Of a stretch of 64,000 nt of DNA, positions 1 through 13,425 are shown piece after piece (the first letter of the stretch is position 1; every line of letters begins with the position of its first letter). Below the pieces are notes generated by a model, which ran no database searches, had not been told where the DNA came from, and was given only the letters and a program-made list of their open reading frames with translations. The stretch is from Octopus vulgaris (Eukaryota): contig OX597814.1 of the NCBI GenBank assembly GCA_951406725.2, positions 134,664,001-134,728,000 on the forward strand, in the 5' to 3' direction. Made by a program: the position numbers and the translations under genes.

Positions 1-1175
1 TGGAAAAGAGAAAAAAAAAGGAACTGAAACAGTAACAAAGTCTGCTTGAATCTACCATTCCAAATATTTCTTTAAACAATTAAATACACACTTCCTAACA
101 ACAAGCAAATATCGCATTCTGGTAAATCATAAAAGTCACACCATCATCAATGCACATATATAAATGTGCTTATGTAAGTATAAGATTACTGGTGATATGT
201 GTGTGTATGTGAGTCAATGCAGGTATTTAATGTGTGTGTATATTTGAGTGTACATGTATGTATGTATATATGTATGTATGTCATTATTCAGTTTATTTAA
301 AGATTTCTTGCCAATAGAGAAAGGATCAGTTTTTAACCTAGATCCAAGGCTCCTTCATTGGAATTTCAACAAAAACAACAGGGTATTTTTGTTTGTATGT
401 ATATATGTCAGGTCACTTTCGAGTGCTACTGGTAACATGTAACCCAGTACAACCTGTTGCATGGTCGGGTCGTCGGTGACTAAACTGGCAACCCCACCAA
501 GCTTGCTTGGTGAGGAGGGTGTTTATTGGACACCCTGCGGGATGAAAAACAAAACCCGTCAAAGGGCGGAGGACCTCTTGAGAGTCAACGGCCATCCAAT
601 AAATGTTAGCACGGGTACACAGAAATTCCAGGATGGTGCCCGGCATGCTGAAAGACCACTGGGAGTGAGGTGCCCCTCAGCTTTTGTTAAAGCATGTCTC
701 TAGGAGAAGGTCACTCTGATATAAAACCAGATATGCAGGGAATGGCATTGGACATTTTGGGGATCTTTGGTTTGTGCTAGAGATCACGGCGCTCCCACAT
801 CCCTGAGCCTGTGACTCATATTGGCACCAGACATCATGCTCTGGCTTGTCTCTGGATAATGTCAATAAAGTGGAGAGGGTCTGTGAGGTGTTGTGCAAGC
901 CTTATTGAACCTAAAACTCTGCACAGGCATTGCCGACCTCTGCTCGATATGTGCATTTTTTTTTCTATATATATTTATCTTATTTTTAGTATATATTTTC
1001 TTCATTTTTAGTATATATTTTAATTTTTTTTATTCAGAAGTCCTGCAGCGATGGGAAGGTGATGAAGCATGCAGACCTGACGGGTTGGAAGCATGTAGTC
1101 AGCGACCAGCACGTAGGCAGCCTATGCTAGATATAAAGTCGTCTCCTTGTTGCCCAAGACAGCAGTAGGATTCGG

Positions 1176-2475
1176 TTGCTGCATGGGTGTCTGAGCAGCT
1201 CCATTTGGAGAGGGCACTGCTCACCCGGAGACCGGGGAGGTTCTAGAAAAGGTGAACCAAAAATTGCCTGTCTTTCCATATCTGATCAGTTTAGTGCGAC
1301 TGATGGATGTCCACCCTGCGCTCGAAAAACAAAGAGTCTTTTATCTATAAAATCTGGACGGAACTTAAACATTTCATGTTGGAATGTGCGCACTCTGTTG
1401 GACAACAAGAGTGATTGCAGGCCTGAAAGATGCACCGCACTTGTTGCTCATGAGCTGAACCATTATAAAATTGATATAGCTGCACTCTCAGAGACTCGTA
1501 TAGAAGGTGATGGTCAGCTTGATGAAGTAGGAGATGGATACACCTTTTTTTGGAAAGGAAGGCAGAAGGAGGAGCGCAGAGAGGCTGGTGTTGGTTTTGC
1601 AGTCCGATCTGATATCCTTAAGAAGTTGGAAGAGCTCCCTGTTCGTATAAATGAATGTATAATGACGCTATGGTTGCACTTGAAAGGTAAGCGGTTTGCT
1701 ACTTTAATAAGTGCCTATGCACCTACTTTGACTAGCTGTGATGAAGATAAAACAATCTTTTATACCCAGCTGAGAGCCATACTTAGAAAAATCCCCAATT
1801 CTGATAAAGTCATTCTACTGGGGGATTTTAATGCCAGGGTTGGAACAGACTGGCAAACATGGAACTCTCTAGGACGTTTTGGAGTAGGGAAAATGAATAG
1901 CAATGGTCTCACGCTACTGGAGCTTTGCGAAGAACATGGACTTTACATTGCAAGCACTCATTTTGTGCACAAAGGTGATCACACAACAACATGGATGCAT
2001 CCAAGGTCCAAAGTTTGGCACTTGCTGGATTGTCATCATCTGCAAGCGCGATATTTATGACATCTAAGCCTTTCATCCTCTCGGGGTCGATAAATTAAGA
2101 ACCAGTTGCGCATTGGGGTCGATATAATCGACTTAATCCGTTTGTCCCCTCTGTGTAGCCCCTTGTGGGTAGTAAAGAAATATATATATTATGTCAAGTA
2201 ATGTCAAGTCCTTGCATGGATCAGAATGCTGGACAGACCACAATCTGGTGCGAGCAAAGTTCCAAATGGTAATTAGGGCGAAAGAGAGAAGAGGACTAGT
2301 CAGCATTCCTCGCCGTCTAAATGTCCACAAAGTATATGATGTTGTGGTTAGGAAAGAGCTTCAGACTCGCTTGTCCAGCATTGAAACTGCTGCAGCATGG
2401 GAAGATTTTCGAGACCAGGTTGTTCAATGTGCAGCCGAAACACTGGGGTATGTTACTGCCAGACACAGAGACTAG
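1176..2475 (+). pseudogene. RTE AP-endonuclease domain, split by a SINE insertion
   Basis: ORFs 1176-2060 and 2191-2475 are consecutive parts of one APE domain. Confidence 0.88.
2064..2190 (+). mobile_element. 5'-truncated SINE (Nin/Deu-like central domain) inserted in the LINE endonuclease
   Basis: gcctttcatcctctcggggtcgataaattaag motif shared with the SINEs at 35.8-36.2 kb and 39.3 kb; flanking ttatgaca/ttatgtca may be a TSD. Confidence 0.75.
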
Positions 2476-2757
2476 TTTGATGAGAATGATGCTGAAATTC
2501 AGCAACTATTAGTGGGAAAGTGCCATGCCCACAGTGTGTTGCTGCACAGAGAACTGTCTACCGTGCAGTGAAGTCTAGCACTTGCCCACTAAAGCAGTCT
2601 AAAATCACTACTGCAGCAATCTCTCAGGAAGATGCAGAACACTTGGTGGGAGGATCTTGCTTGTGATATCCAGGCTGCTGCTGATGCAAATGACAGCAAG
2701 AAGCTTTACCATCTTATGAAGTGAGCTTATGGACTTAAGAGCACCACATCAGCTCCT

Positions 2758-4641
2758 TTGCTTTCCAAAGAGTCTTCCACTCTGTTTACTAAATCAACAG
2801 AAATCACAGGTTGCTGGATCGAACACTTCTCTGAACTCCTAAACCATGAGTCAGTTGTGGATAAATCAATGATTGATACTATGCAACAAAGACCTATCAT
2901 TGGCTCCTTAGACTCCTTGCCCTCAATAGAAGAAGTAATGACATCAATAAGTAAATTGAATCTTGGTAGGGCACCTGGAAAGGATGGAATTTGTGCTGAG
3001 GTCTTGCGATTTGGTGGTAATTACATCACACAGTCCCTTCATGAACTTATTAGTGCAGTCTAGAGGGATGGTGCAATCCCTAAAGACTGGAAGGATGCAA
3101 TTATTCTTCCTCTATATAAAGGAAAAGGAACCAGAACAATGTGTGGTAACCACAGAGGTATTGCTCTACTATCAGCTGCTGGCAAATATTCTTCTTACCT
3201 GTCTGAATGGGTGTCTCGTAAATGATGTCCTATCTGAATCACAATGTGGCTTCCAATCTGGTAGAGGGGCAATGGTTATGATTTTCACAGCAAGACAGAT
3301 ACAGGAGAAGTGCTATGAGCAGAATATGGATCTTGTCCAGGTATTCATTAATTTAACAAAGGCCTTTGATACTGTAAATAGGGCCTTTCTATGGAAAATA
3401 CTTGGCAAACTTGGATGTCAGGATCACTTTGTATCTATAATTAAATCATTTCATGATGGGATGGAGGCTTGGGTCAATGCTGGTGGTGCCATGGCAGGAC
3501 TCATTTCTGTAGAGAATGGTGTCAAGCAGGGTGACATCTTTGCTCCAACTCTCTTTTCTTTGAACTTTGCTGCTGCTTTTACTCATGCTTTTGCTAAGGT
3601 TAGCTCTCTGGGAATATATGTCAGATATCGATCTTCTGGCTGCCTCTTTAATCTTCGCTGATTTGCTGCCATTTCAAAGGTTTCCCCAGTCTATTATTCG
3701 TGACCTCCTTTATGCAGATGACTGTGACTTACTCACTCATACAGTGGATGACATGCAAATACTCATGAATTGCATTTCTGCTTCTTGCAGGGCATTTGGA
3801 CTCAGCATTAGCCTGGACAAGGCTGTTGTAATGTTCCAGCCTGCACCAGGAAATCCATATATGGAACCAGCTATCTTGGTTGAAGGAACAATTCTGAAGA
3901 TAGTAGACAAGTTTGTCTACCTGGGCAGCACACTCAGCCGTTCTTGCTCCCTGGATGAGGAAATATCTTTCAGGTTGCAGAGAGCAACTAATTCCTTCTG
4001 GTCTCTTCAGTCTCGTGTCTGGTCCCAACATGGCATCGCAAGGCGAACAAAAGTTGCTGTGTACCGTGCATGTGTACTGATATCGCTCCTCTACTCATGT
4101 GAGACATGGACTCTGTACAAACATCAGGTAAGGGTCCTTGAACGTTTTCATCAGAGATGTCTCAGACACATTCTCAAAAATTCCAGACACACAGGTCCTG
4201 AGGACAGCTGATATCTTGAGTATTGAGGTGATGGTGCACAAGCACCGGTTACGTTGGACTGGACACCTTATTAGAATGAAGGATAGCAAGATTCCTAAGC
4301 AGATGCTCTATGGAGAACTTGTGAATGGAAGGAGACTTCGGCAGAAACCAAGGCTGCGATTTAAGGACTGTGTCAAGTCCTCATTAAAGACCTGTGATAT
4401 GCAGGACACTGACTGGGAGAACAATGCCTGTCATCGCCACAGATGGAGAAAGCAGGTTAAGGAGGGGTTCAACACTTTTGAAAGAGCACGTATCCAGCAT
4501 GAAGAACTTAAGCAAGCTGTGCGAAAGTGCACGGCTCATATAGTGAATGGGGAAAGCTTGGTCGGCAATGTTTGCAGTCATGTATGCTTGTCAAGAGCAG
4601 GGCTCATTAGCCACCAATGGAGCCACAAATGCAAAATATAA
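2758..4641 (+). pseudogene. RTE reverse transcriptase, frameshifted
   Basis: Overlapping ORFs 2758-3063, 2963-3661, 3567-4211 and 4138-4641 carry RT motifs in order. Confidence 0.9.
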
Positions 4642-5025
4642 GTTAGTCCTAGAGCGCACAATGTTCCTGAAGGTCGGCAATGGTCTTCCTCGGTCACAAG
4701 TGGACGGCCATCATCATCATGTATGTATGTATGTATATATGTATATATATATGTATATATGTATGTGCAGATTTGTATGTTTTATGTAAGTATTCTCATG
4801 CATATAGTTGCATATCTAAATGTGTTCATAAATATTTAAATGATAAACTTCTGGAAGGTTTTACAGATTTTTACAGTTCCAGTGATGGATTAGATCTGTA
4901 GACTTCGAATTAGCTTTCTCCTTTCTGGTTTTGAGAAGCTTAATTTCTCAAGATTGGTATTTAGGTAGTGTATTTATGTCTCTATAAATGCTGTGTATGG
5001 TGTATGTGTATATATATATGTGTGT

Positions 5026-5360
5026 GTAGGCACGTGGCTCACTGGTTAGATCATTGGGCTTACAATCATGAGGTAGTGAGTTTGATTCTTGGACCAGGTT
5101 GTGTGTTATGTTCTTGAGCAAGACACTTCACATTGCTCCAATTCAATCAGCTGTAGAAATGAGTTGCAACATCACTGGTGCCAAGTTGTATCAGCCTTTG
5201 CTTTTCCTCTAGCTAATATCAGTGGTATGGAAAGGGGAGGCTGGTATGTATGGATGACTGCTGGTCTTCCATAAACAAATTTTGCTAGACTTATGCCTCG
5301 GATGGTAACTTTCTAAGTGCAACCTCATAATCATTCATAAGTGAAAGTGGTCTTTACTCT
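5026..5360 (+). mobile_element. tRNA-derived SINE
   Basis: A/B-box-like head (tggctcactggttag ... gagtttgattctt), cttgagcaagacac core; homologous to the copy at 12037-12408. Confidence 0.8.
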
Positions 5361-5439
5361 TATTATATATACTAGAGGCAACTCTAGTTCATCAATGATA
5401 CACTTAGCACAAACTTTGAACAAAATCAAAATCATCGGT

Positions 5440-6006
5440 CTGGAACCCCTATCTTGCCCAGGATATTAATCGTCTGGAAACCGTTCAGTGACGTGCAACC
5501 AAGAGAATACCCTCCATCAGGCATTTGCCATATTCAGAACACCTTATTTCCCTGGGCATGGATACATTGAAACTCCGACGTCTGGCAGCTGACTTGGCAG
5601 ACACCCATAAAATTATTAACCATCTTACTAACAATAACTCTGAGCACCTTTTCAAACTCCTCCTGTCTAACACCCGTGGACATGTTTACAAAGTCAGAAA
5701 ACAGCACAGCTCCCATGACTTTCGGAAACATTTTTTCATGCTAAGAGTTGCTGAAGCATGGCACAAACTGCTGGCATCAGTTGTTAGTTGTCGGAGCACT
5801 GCATCCTTTAAAACTTCCATGCTTCCTGAAATTCACCAAGACTACACCTGATTTTCTCCCCTCCATACACATGCAAGCATGTATCTGACTCATACACTGT
5901 TCATTTCCCAGACATTTGTACATTACTGCATATGCTTTATACGCACTTTCGACAAGTTGTGGTGTACCTGAGCACTGTATACAATAATTTCATTATTATT
6001 ATTATT
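5440..6006 (+). mobile_element. CR1-like LINE 3' end
   Basis: LPYSEHL..LGMDTLKLRRL, NTRGH..K, FRKHFF..RV...W..L C-terminal motifs; (ATT)n tail. Confidence 0.85.
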
Positions 6007-6123
6007 TTAAATTTTAGAATTTGTACAATTTAAGGTATTATCTTTAATGGGAGAATTTAAAGATCTTACTACAATCCAATGTAACTACAGTTGAAACAAC
6101 TCTGTTTGCATGTTACTCGACTA

Positions 6124-6990
6124 AAGTAATCACTCACCATATTGTGGTTCACCTATTGTGCCCTTAGTACATCGCGGATTTTTCCGGCTAATATATATAA
6201 ATTTATATCGTGCGTTTCTGTAGCCGATAGGTTTTTTTATATTGTTTTAGATTTTAATTATTTCTGTGGCAAAATAAGCATTTTCACGCCTAAAAATTAA
6301 TAAATAAAAATATAGTACAGTACTTACCTGTATAACACATTAATTAAAATATATTAAAAGAAAATATGCAGGAGTGACTGTGTGGTAAGTAGCTTGCTTA
6401 CCAACCATATGGTTCGGGGTTTAGTCCCACTTGTGGCATCTTGGGCAAGTGTCTTCTACAATAGCCTCGGGCCGACCAAAACCTTGTGAGTGGATTTGGT
6501 AGACGGAAACTGAAAGAAGCCCGTTGTATATATGTATATATATATGTGTTTGTGTGTCTGTGTTTGTCCCCTAACGTCGCTTGACAACCGATGCTGGTGT
6601 ATTTACATCCCCGTCACTTAGCGGTTCGGCAAAAGAGACCGATAGAATAAGTACTAGGCTTACAAAGAATAAGTCTTGGGGTCGATTTGCTCGACTAAAG
6701 GCGGTGCCCCAGCATGGCTGCAATCATACGACTGAAACAAGTAAAAGAGTAAAAAGAGAGAAAAGTGAGAGTATACCGTAGATGAGTAAACAAAGAATCA
6801 CATATGCTGAATGGCAAATGAAACTCGGGAGGGAAGTGTGTGGTGCTGTTGCGCATTTATAATAAAATAAATATTTACAAATTATAAAAATAATTAAAAA
6901 AATATATACTGTTTCCACTTCGCGGATTTTCACCAATCGCAGTGATAGGGGATTTGGAACGTAATAACCGCGATAGTCGAGGGATTACTG
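6124..6990. mobile_element. Tigger/pogo-like MITE hosting a SINE
   Basis: TA-flanked imperfect TIRs: aagtaatcactcaccatattgtggtt (6124) vs reverse complement of the right end, cagtaatccctcgactatcgcggtt (6990). Confidence 0.7.
6367..6762 (+). mobile_element. tRNA-derived SINE with internal (TA/TG)n and (GTAAAAGA)n tail
   Basis: Same family as 13140, 21244, 48563 and 51079; pol III head and repeated tail. Confidence 0.88.
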
Positions 6991-7542
6991 TACTGGCTAT
7001 TGTATGAAGACTGACATAATTATTTCCCTTTACATAATTACTTTTTCAAATTACTTTTTCAAAATTACTTCTTCAAAATAAGGCAGACATCCTGGGTTGT
7101 GGTGGGGCTGGAAAGTCAGCTGACCCATTTGTTTAACCTACTGTCTTACATTTTACTTAAACAGAAAACAATTTGTGTGAATGATTTTCAACAGTTGATT
7201 AAGATATTTTGAACAGGTTGACTATCTTACATGACCTAAATTTTATTTCCATTTATTTAACAAACAAAACTATGGTGAACTGCAATAGCTTTAATTGTTT
7301 TGAGGGAAAAGAACAAATAAAAAAGACAACATTTTATCTTTTATTCTCCATGAATTTCTCTTGTAATATCATTATAAAGGCTTTCATATAGCAAATTCAG
7401 AAAATCATTTGTATAGAATAGACACTACCCTATTATATGAAAATTTTTAAATATGTTCATATTTTTTGAGAAATACACATTTACTTTTTTAAACATAAAT
7501 TCTGAGTACTTTGAGTTTTTTAGCAAATTCTTGTAATATCAG

Positions 7543-7830
7543 CATCATCATTTAATGTCCATTTTCCAATGCTGGCATGGGTTGGTTGGTTTGACTGGAG
7601 CTGGTAAGGCCACACCAGTCTATTGTGGTATGGTTTCTGTGGCTGGATGCTAACCACTCCACTGTGTGTACTGGGTGCTTATTATGTCACCAGCACCAGT
7701 ATCACTTCTGCTGTGGCAGACAGGTCTTCTTGAATACAGCAAAGCACCAGATATCTTGGTCCCCTATCATCTCATTTGTAAGGCTCAATGTCTTGAGATT
7801 GGTTTTCAATACTTTGTCCTCGGTCTTCAA
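7543..7830 (-). mobile_element. RTE LINE 3' fragment
   Basis: (CAT)n followed by ttaatgtcc..ttcc.atgctggcatggg, the family 3' terminus. Confidence 0.75.
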
Positions 7831-8109
7831 TACTTATAGTATAATTCTTTGTGTTGTGCTAAATTGACAAGTATCTGTTTCTTGATGGATATAAGAGCCA
7901 ATGAAGACACTCATTCTTGAGCCATCATGCATCATATGAATTCTGCTCAAGATTGGGAAGCTTCTTTAGTTTGCAACTGAAATCACAGAGATAGTCTATA
8001 AAAGTCGAATTAGACTAACAGTTACGGACTTAACAGACAAGAAACTTGCTTTATGAACTAACATTATTTTACTTGCACTGTTTTAAAATCATTGTCAATG
8101 TAATATATC

Positions 8110-9400
8110 TATGGCAGATGCACAGGGGCAATAAACACTGAAGATGTACAGAAAACAGATTCCATCACATGCCAGAGGAAAAACTAGAAGTAGTTGATAG
8201 CTTCTGCTACCTAGGCGACCAAGTCTGTAGTGGCAGTGGTTGCTCTGGGAGTGTAGTGGCTAGAATAAGAATAGCATGGGCAAAGTTCTAGGAGCTCCTA
8301 CCTCTGCTAGCAACTAAGGGCCCCTTGCTCAGGATGAAAGGTAGACTGTCTGATGCATGTGTGCGAACTGCCATGCTACACAGCTGTGAAACATGGGCCA
8401 TGACTGCTGAGGACATGCGTAGGCTTGAAAGAAATGAAGCTAGTATGATCTGCTGAGAGAAAAGTTGGACATAAGAAGCATCAAATGTGGTGTGCAAGAG
8501 AGACAACTGTGCTGGTATGGTCATGTGTTATGTATGGATTAGGACAGCTGTGTGAGGAAGTGCTACTCCCTAACCGTGGAAGGAACCTGTGAAAGAGGTA
8601 AACCCAGAAAGACATGGGATGAGGTGGTGAAACATGACTTTCGAACATTGGACCTCACAGAGGCCATGACAGGAGGCCAAGACTTCTGGAGATATGCTGA
8701 GAAGATCTGGCAACTAAAGTGAAATTGCAGCCATGGCCGATGACAGTGTTGCATGTCTAGTCCATTTAAGAGTACCCTTGATGCATCGGGCAATATGATA
8801 TGCTTGAGAAGACCTATTGAGTGAAGTAAAACCCAAATCATATCTGTGGCCATTGTCTCCTGACTGGATCCCATTCTGGTGAAATGTAAAATGCATCATC
8901 TGAATGTGGTTGATGCCAGTGTCCTCTGGCTGGTTCTTGTGCCAGTGGCATGTAAAAAGCACCATTCGAATGTGGCCGATGCCAGTACCTCCTGACTGGC
9001 TCCTCAGCTGGTGACACGTAAAAAGCAATATCAAAACATAATCAATGCCAGGGCTGCCTGACTGGCTCCCGTGCCAGTAGCACGTAAAAAGCACCATCTG
9101 AACATGGCCGATGCCAGTACCCACTGACTGGCTCCCATGCCGGTGGCACATAAAAAGCACCATCCAAACATGATTGATGCCAGGCCTGCCTGACTGGCTC
9201 CCGTGCTGGTGGCATGTAAAAAGTACCCGCTACACTCTCAGAGTGGTTGCCATTAGGAAGGGCATCCAGCTGTAGAAACATTGCCAGATCAGATTGGAGC
9301 CTAGTGCAGCTACTGGCTCTTCAGACCTCAGTCAAACCATCCAGCCCATGCCAGCATGAAAAACGGACATTAAACGATGATGATGATGATGATGATGATG
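8110..9400 (+). mobile_element. 5'-truncated RTE LINE (RT C-terminus, repeat-rich 3' UTR, (GAT)n tail)
   Basis: Homologous to 33.9-35.1 kb; ~55-bp tandem units in the 3' UTR. Confidence 0.9.
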
Positions 9401-10059
9401 AACCTCTTTACCAAGGATTTATAAGCAAATACCTTAGGATATTTGTGCTACAAACTGTCAATATGTTGCATGGAGAATGTATGGACACACACTTCAAACT
9501 TCTTCACAGCAAGTAATTTAAAGAATAAAAATTCTTTGATGTGAGCAAAATGCTTCTTCATTGATAGTAAAATGTTTAGAATTATTTAAAAATAGATTGC
9601 ATTATGGTTCATCTGCTTCCTCCTGGTTCTTTTTGTGGGAAGAACTCCAAGTTATCTAATTGCTTGATGTCTCATACATATATGGATGCATATGCACAAC
9701 TTTATGCATATAAAGATACACGTGCCTACTCGTGTGTGTGCACGTGTGCATCCTGGAAATGAATTTAAACTGAATCCAGCAGTGGGTTCTGGTTTGAGAG
9801 TTTCAGAGTTTTGAGGAGTATGGAACCACCTCTTAGCTCCTACTATTCCCGATCTTCTCTGATCTGGATCAGTAACACCAGAGCCTCAGCAATGGGTTAA
9901 CTAGCATGTGTGATGACAATCCATCTGAGCACGAGGACACAGAAATACTCTTGGTTGTGCCCTAAAACTACTGTGAGTGAGAGACACTTTGCTGTTGTTA
10001 CATTATCCCTCTAATAGAGGAACACTTGCGGTTTCACTGGTCTCTCACTTCAACCTGTG

Positions 10060-10385
10060 ACCAGGTACTAATCATGGAAACTCAAAGAGTGGGACTCATA
10101 TTGCACAAGCAGTTATGATAATAATCCAGTGATGTACAGATATCTATTTATGGTGACCTCATTTGTCATTCCATGTATGGTGATGGAAGAGTGGTGACAT
10201 ATGCAGATCTAACCAATTGGAAGCACACAATAAGTTGCAACTTTGGTCAGTCATATGTGCTTCAAAACACATGGTTCTGAATAGTCATCTGAGAGGTTAT
10301 GGATGGAAAGTCAGAAATGCCAGTGAGAATGAGGAAGCTCAAGGAGACAGCAATCATCTGTGAAGATGGAGCTATTACCACATGT
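10060..10385 (+). mobile_element. 3' end of a second, zinc-finger-tailed RTE family
   Basis: Terminus ggagacagcaatcatctgtgaagatggagc matches the reverse complement of the end at ~23170-23210. Confidence 0.55.
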
Positions 10386-10398
10386 GGATGGCTGGATT

Positions 10399-10634
10399 GG
10401 GCCCTGATGCAGTTTGAAACCTTGAAGCAGTTCGGGGCCCTGATGCAGTTTGGGGCCCTGATGCAGTTCGGGGCCCTGATGCAGTTTGGGGCCCTGATGC
10501 AGTTCAAGGCCCTGATACTTTATCAGGCCTTGAAATGCATCAGGGCCTCCAGCTACATCAGAGCCTTCAACTGCATCAAGGTCCTGAACTGTAGCAGGGC
10601 CTCGCACTGCATCATGGCCTTGCACTGCATCAGG
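10399..10634. repeat. Foldback array of an 18-bp unit (GGCCCTGATGCAGTTYGG)
   Basis: About 6 forward units, then about 6 inverted units, centred on cctgata-ctt-tatcagg (10511-10527). Confidence 0.85.
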
Positions 10635-10679
10635 ATAGATGGATGCATGCATGATGGTTTGATTCCCTGTGTGCCCACA

Positions 10680-11560
10680 AAAAATACAAAAGCAGAAACT
10701 CCTTCCCTTGAAGAAGCTATAAATGTAAAAATAATAAAAAGTGATAAGTTGCTTAGAATGGATAGCCTCTGCACTGAAATCTTGAAATGTGGAAGTGAAA
10801 AACCTGCCTTGACATCTAATTTACTGCAAACAGTATCAATCGAAGATAGTATCCCAAATGATTTGAATGATGTGCTGATGGTAGTTCTCTATAAAGAGAA
10901 AGGTAGGAAGGATGACTGTAGGAATTACTGTGGAGTATCTCTGTTCTCTCTATTGTAGATAAGGTATTTTGTAGGATCATGTCAAACAGACTTCTCTACA
11001 ACATAGCTAACAATTTCTTCACAGAGTTTCAGTGTGTCTTCAGAAATGGCAGAGGGACAACAGATATGATCTTTTCTTTTTGGTAATTTCCAGTAAAATA
11101 CATTGAGGATCTTGACTAAGGCCTTTGGTACTGTGAAGAGAAATACTTTATGAAACCTTCTGAGGAAACTTGGGTGCCCTGACATGTTTGTCTCAGTGCT
11201 AAGATGTTTTCATGATGGAATGAAAGTAGGTGTTAACATAAATGGTAAGCTCTCTGAACCAGTTTTGGTTGAAAATGGTTTTAAGCAAGGGGATATACCA
11301 ACACCAACTCTGTCCACATTGTTCTTTGCTATGTGTCAAGCATCTATCAGAGGAATATTGGATAATATCACTATCATTACTGAACACTATGGCACTTAAA
11401 AGTGGATCATCTAGTACACAAACAAGTTGGAATAGTCAACTTGAATATTGACTCTTCCTAGGAGCAATGATATTTGACAAATGTGAAACTACACCTCCCA
11501 TGTGAACACACTGTAGATGACATATAACAATAGATGAGTGCCTTTGGTAACGTGCAGTGT
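10680..11560 (+). mobile_element. Old RTE RT remnant
   Basis: PSLEEA, LYKEKG..DDCRNYCGVSL, TKAFGTV, ENGFKQGD motifs. Confidence 0.75.
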
Positions 11561-12036
11561 CTTATTGACTTATTTATTGTGCTTGGATGATTTATTATTA
11601 TATACGTGGTAGTTTATAAATATACACAATCTCATTGAAGTTTTACAGGTGTGTGTGTGTGTGTGTGATTCATAGCATCAGGAGGTGGCTAGTGGCATAC
11701 ATATAACATGATAGTCTATGCATTCATAAACACGATTATGTGAGTGATTATCAACATATACATATACATGTGCAGCCATGTGTGTGAGGGTACATAAATA
11801 TGAGCTTCCCTAAGAGTGCATACATAAATGAATATAGAACTCAGGCAGTATTAAAGTAATAGGTATACACAATTAATTTTCAGGTTGACTTGCTACCTAG
11901 AACTCTAACTTGAACTGCAACTAAAAGCAGGGATGTTATAGCTGCCTAACGATAATTGGCTATTGGCAGTTTGTCAACTGAGCAAGTACAAATATAACAG
12001 AATAAAAGTATTACTTCTTTTTCCTTATGATTTATA

Positions 12037-12408
12037 AAAACTCAACTCCATCAGTCACGAATGATCATGGGTGCACCTAAGAGGTTGCTCTCCAGGGTAC
12101 AAGTCTGAGTGGAAAGTCACCTCACTGGCGAATGCACAACCCAGGGTTGTTTTTATGGAAGACTAGCAGTCACCCATGAATACCAATCTCCCCTCTTCAC
12201 ACCACAGATGTTATCCAAGGGAAAGGCAAAGGCTGATACAACTTGGCACCAGTGACGTCGCAACTCATTTTTACAGCTGAGTGAACTGAAGCAACATGAA
12301 ATAAAGTATCTTGCTCAAGAATACAACATGCATCCCGGTCCGGGAATTGAACTCACAACCTCACGATCATAAGCTCAATGCTCTAACCAGTGGGCCATAT
12401 ATCTTCAC
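12037..12408 (-). mobile_element. tRNA-derived SINE with 11-bp TSD
   Basis: TSD tatgatttata at 12026-12036 and 12409-12419; homologous to the 5026 copy. Confidence 0.88.
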
Positions 12409-13090
12409 TATGATTTATACTTGTAAGAACTCAACCCTCATGTTTAAATATATAAATGTTATAATGTAACCTGATACCAGTTGTTTGCCTGTTTTTATTT
12501 GTATTCTATTATACTTGTAACTGTTCAATTCATAAATGAATATTGTGCGTGTTTAGAGGCACATATGATGAACAACCAGCCATGGTCTTTCATTTGAATC
12601 TGTCTATGAATATACTAACTCATGTCAGTATCTACCAGAATATATATACTTTGACCCAGATATCATATAGATGTCAATGCAACTTTTATCTGGTTTTCTA
12701 ATGATGACAGATGCGACAGGTTGTTTATATTCTTGTTGTTATCATAGATATTGTTCTTATTATTGGTGCTATAATGTCTTGGAGCCATTTTGTTTCCCCT
12801 TTACTCTTTACTGTGGATATATACTTATGTGAGCATGTGCATATGTGATTGGGCCTACTTGAAAGTGTAGGTGAGCAGACATGGCCTTAAACCTCCTTTT
12901 TTTTCATCCTACCATTCTTCTCTCATACAATTCTTATATCTCAAGCTCTAGTACCCTCCAGTTCTGCTAGACCAGTGCTTCTTAAGCTTTCTGATGTGGT
13001 GAGCTGGTAGTTTTTTTTCCAATGTAGCAAGTACTGGTAATATTTTTTTAAAAATATTAATTTATACCAGAAACAATATATATGACGAAT

Positions 13091-13135
13091 ACTAGCAGAG
13101 ACACGCAGCGTTGCTTGGGATTAAAATGGCATAGC
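13091..13135 (-). mobile_element. Helitron-like 3' terminus
   Basis: Reverse complement reads cccaagcaacgctgcgtgtctctgCTAGt (degenerate hairpin + CTAG), similar to the end at 16175-16205. Confidence 0.5.
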
Positions 13136-13139
13136 TTTT

Positions 13140-13420
13140 TATTGTTTTGCTTGTTTTGGTCATGTGACTGCAGCCATGCTGGAGCACTACCTTTAGTCAA
13201 AGAAATTGACCCCAAGATTTATTCTTTGTAAGCCTAGTACTTATTCTATCAGACTGTTTCGCCAAACAGCTAAGTCTCAGGGATGTAAACACAACAACAT
13301 CGGTTGTCAAGCAATAGTGGGGGTACGAACATAGACACACATACACACACACAAAACACACACACGCATACACACACATATATATACATACATATATATA
13401 TGTGTATATATATAGATATA
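13140..13420 (-). mobile_element. SINE 3' half
   Basis: Reverse complement of the 6367/21244 family 3' region. Confidence 0.8.
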
Positions 13421-13425
13421 AATAT

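Larger units (their letters stand above)
409..4720 (+). mobile_element. Near full-length degenerate RTE (BovB-like) LINE
   Basis: 5' UTR; APE endonuclease (WNVRTL, ALSETR, SAYAPT, LGDFNARVG, WTDH); RT (QCGFQSGR, KAFDTV, GVKQGD, LLYADD, FVYLGS) split by stops and frameshifts; C-terminal C2H2-like motif; (CAT)n tail at 4709-4720. Confidence 0.92.

Noticed and set aside
7880-7990. Candidate minus-strand exon after an acceptor-like tttcag
   Set aside because: All three frames stop quickly and there is no recognisable protein similarity
8880-9230. Regularly spaced repeats resembling a CRISPR array
   Set aside because: Spacers are homologous to each other, the array is a LINE 3' UTR, the context is eukaryotic and there are no cas genes
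10299-10958. 219-aa ORF with ALMQFG repeats as a host gene
   Set aside because: Read-through of a LINE tail, the foldback minisatellite and an RT remnant
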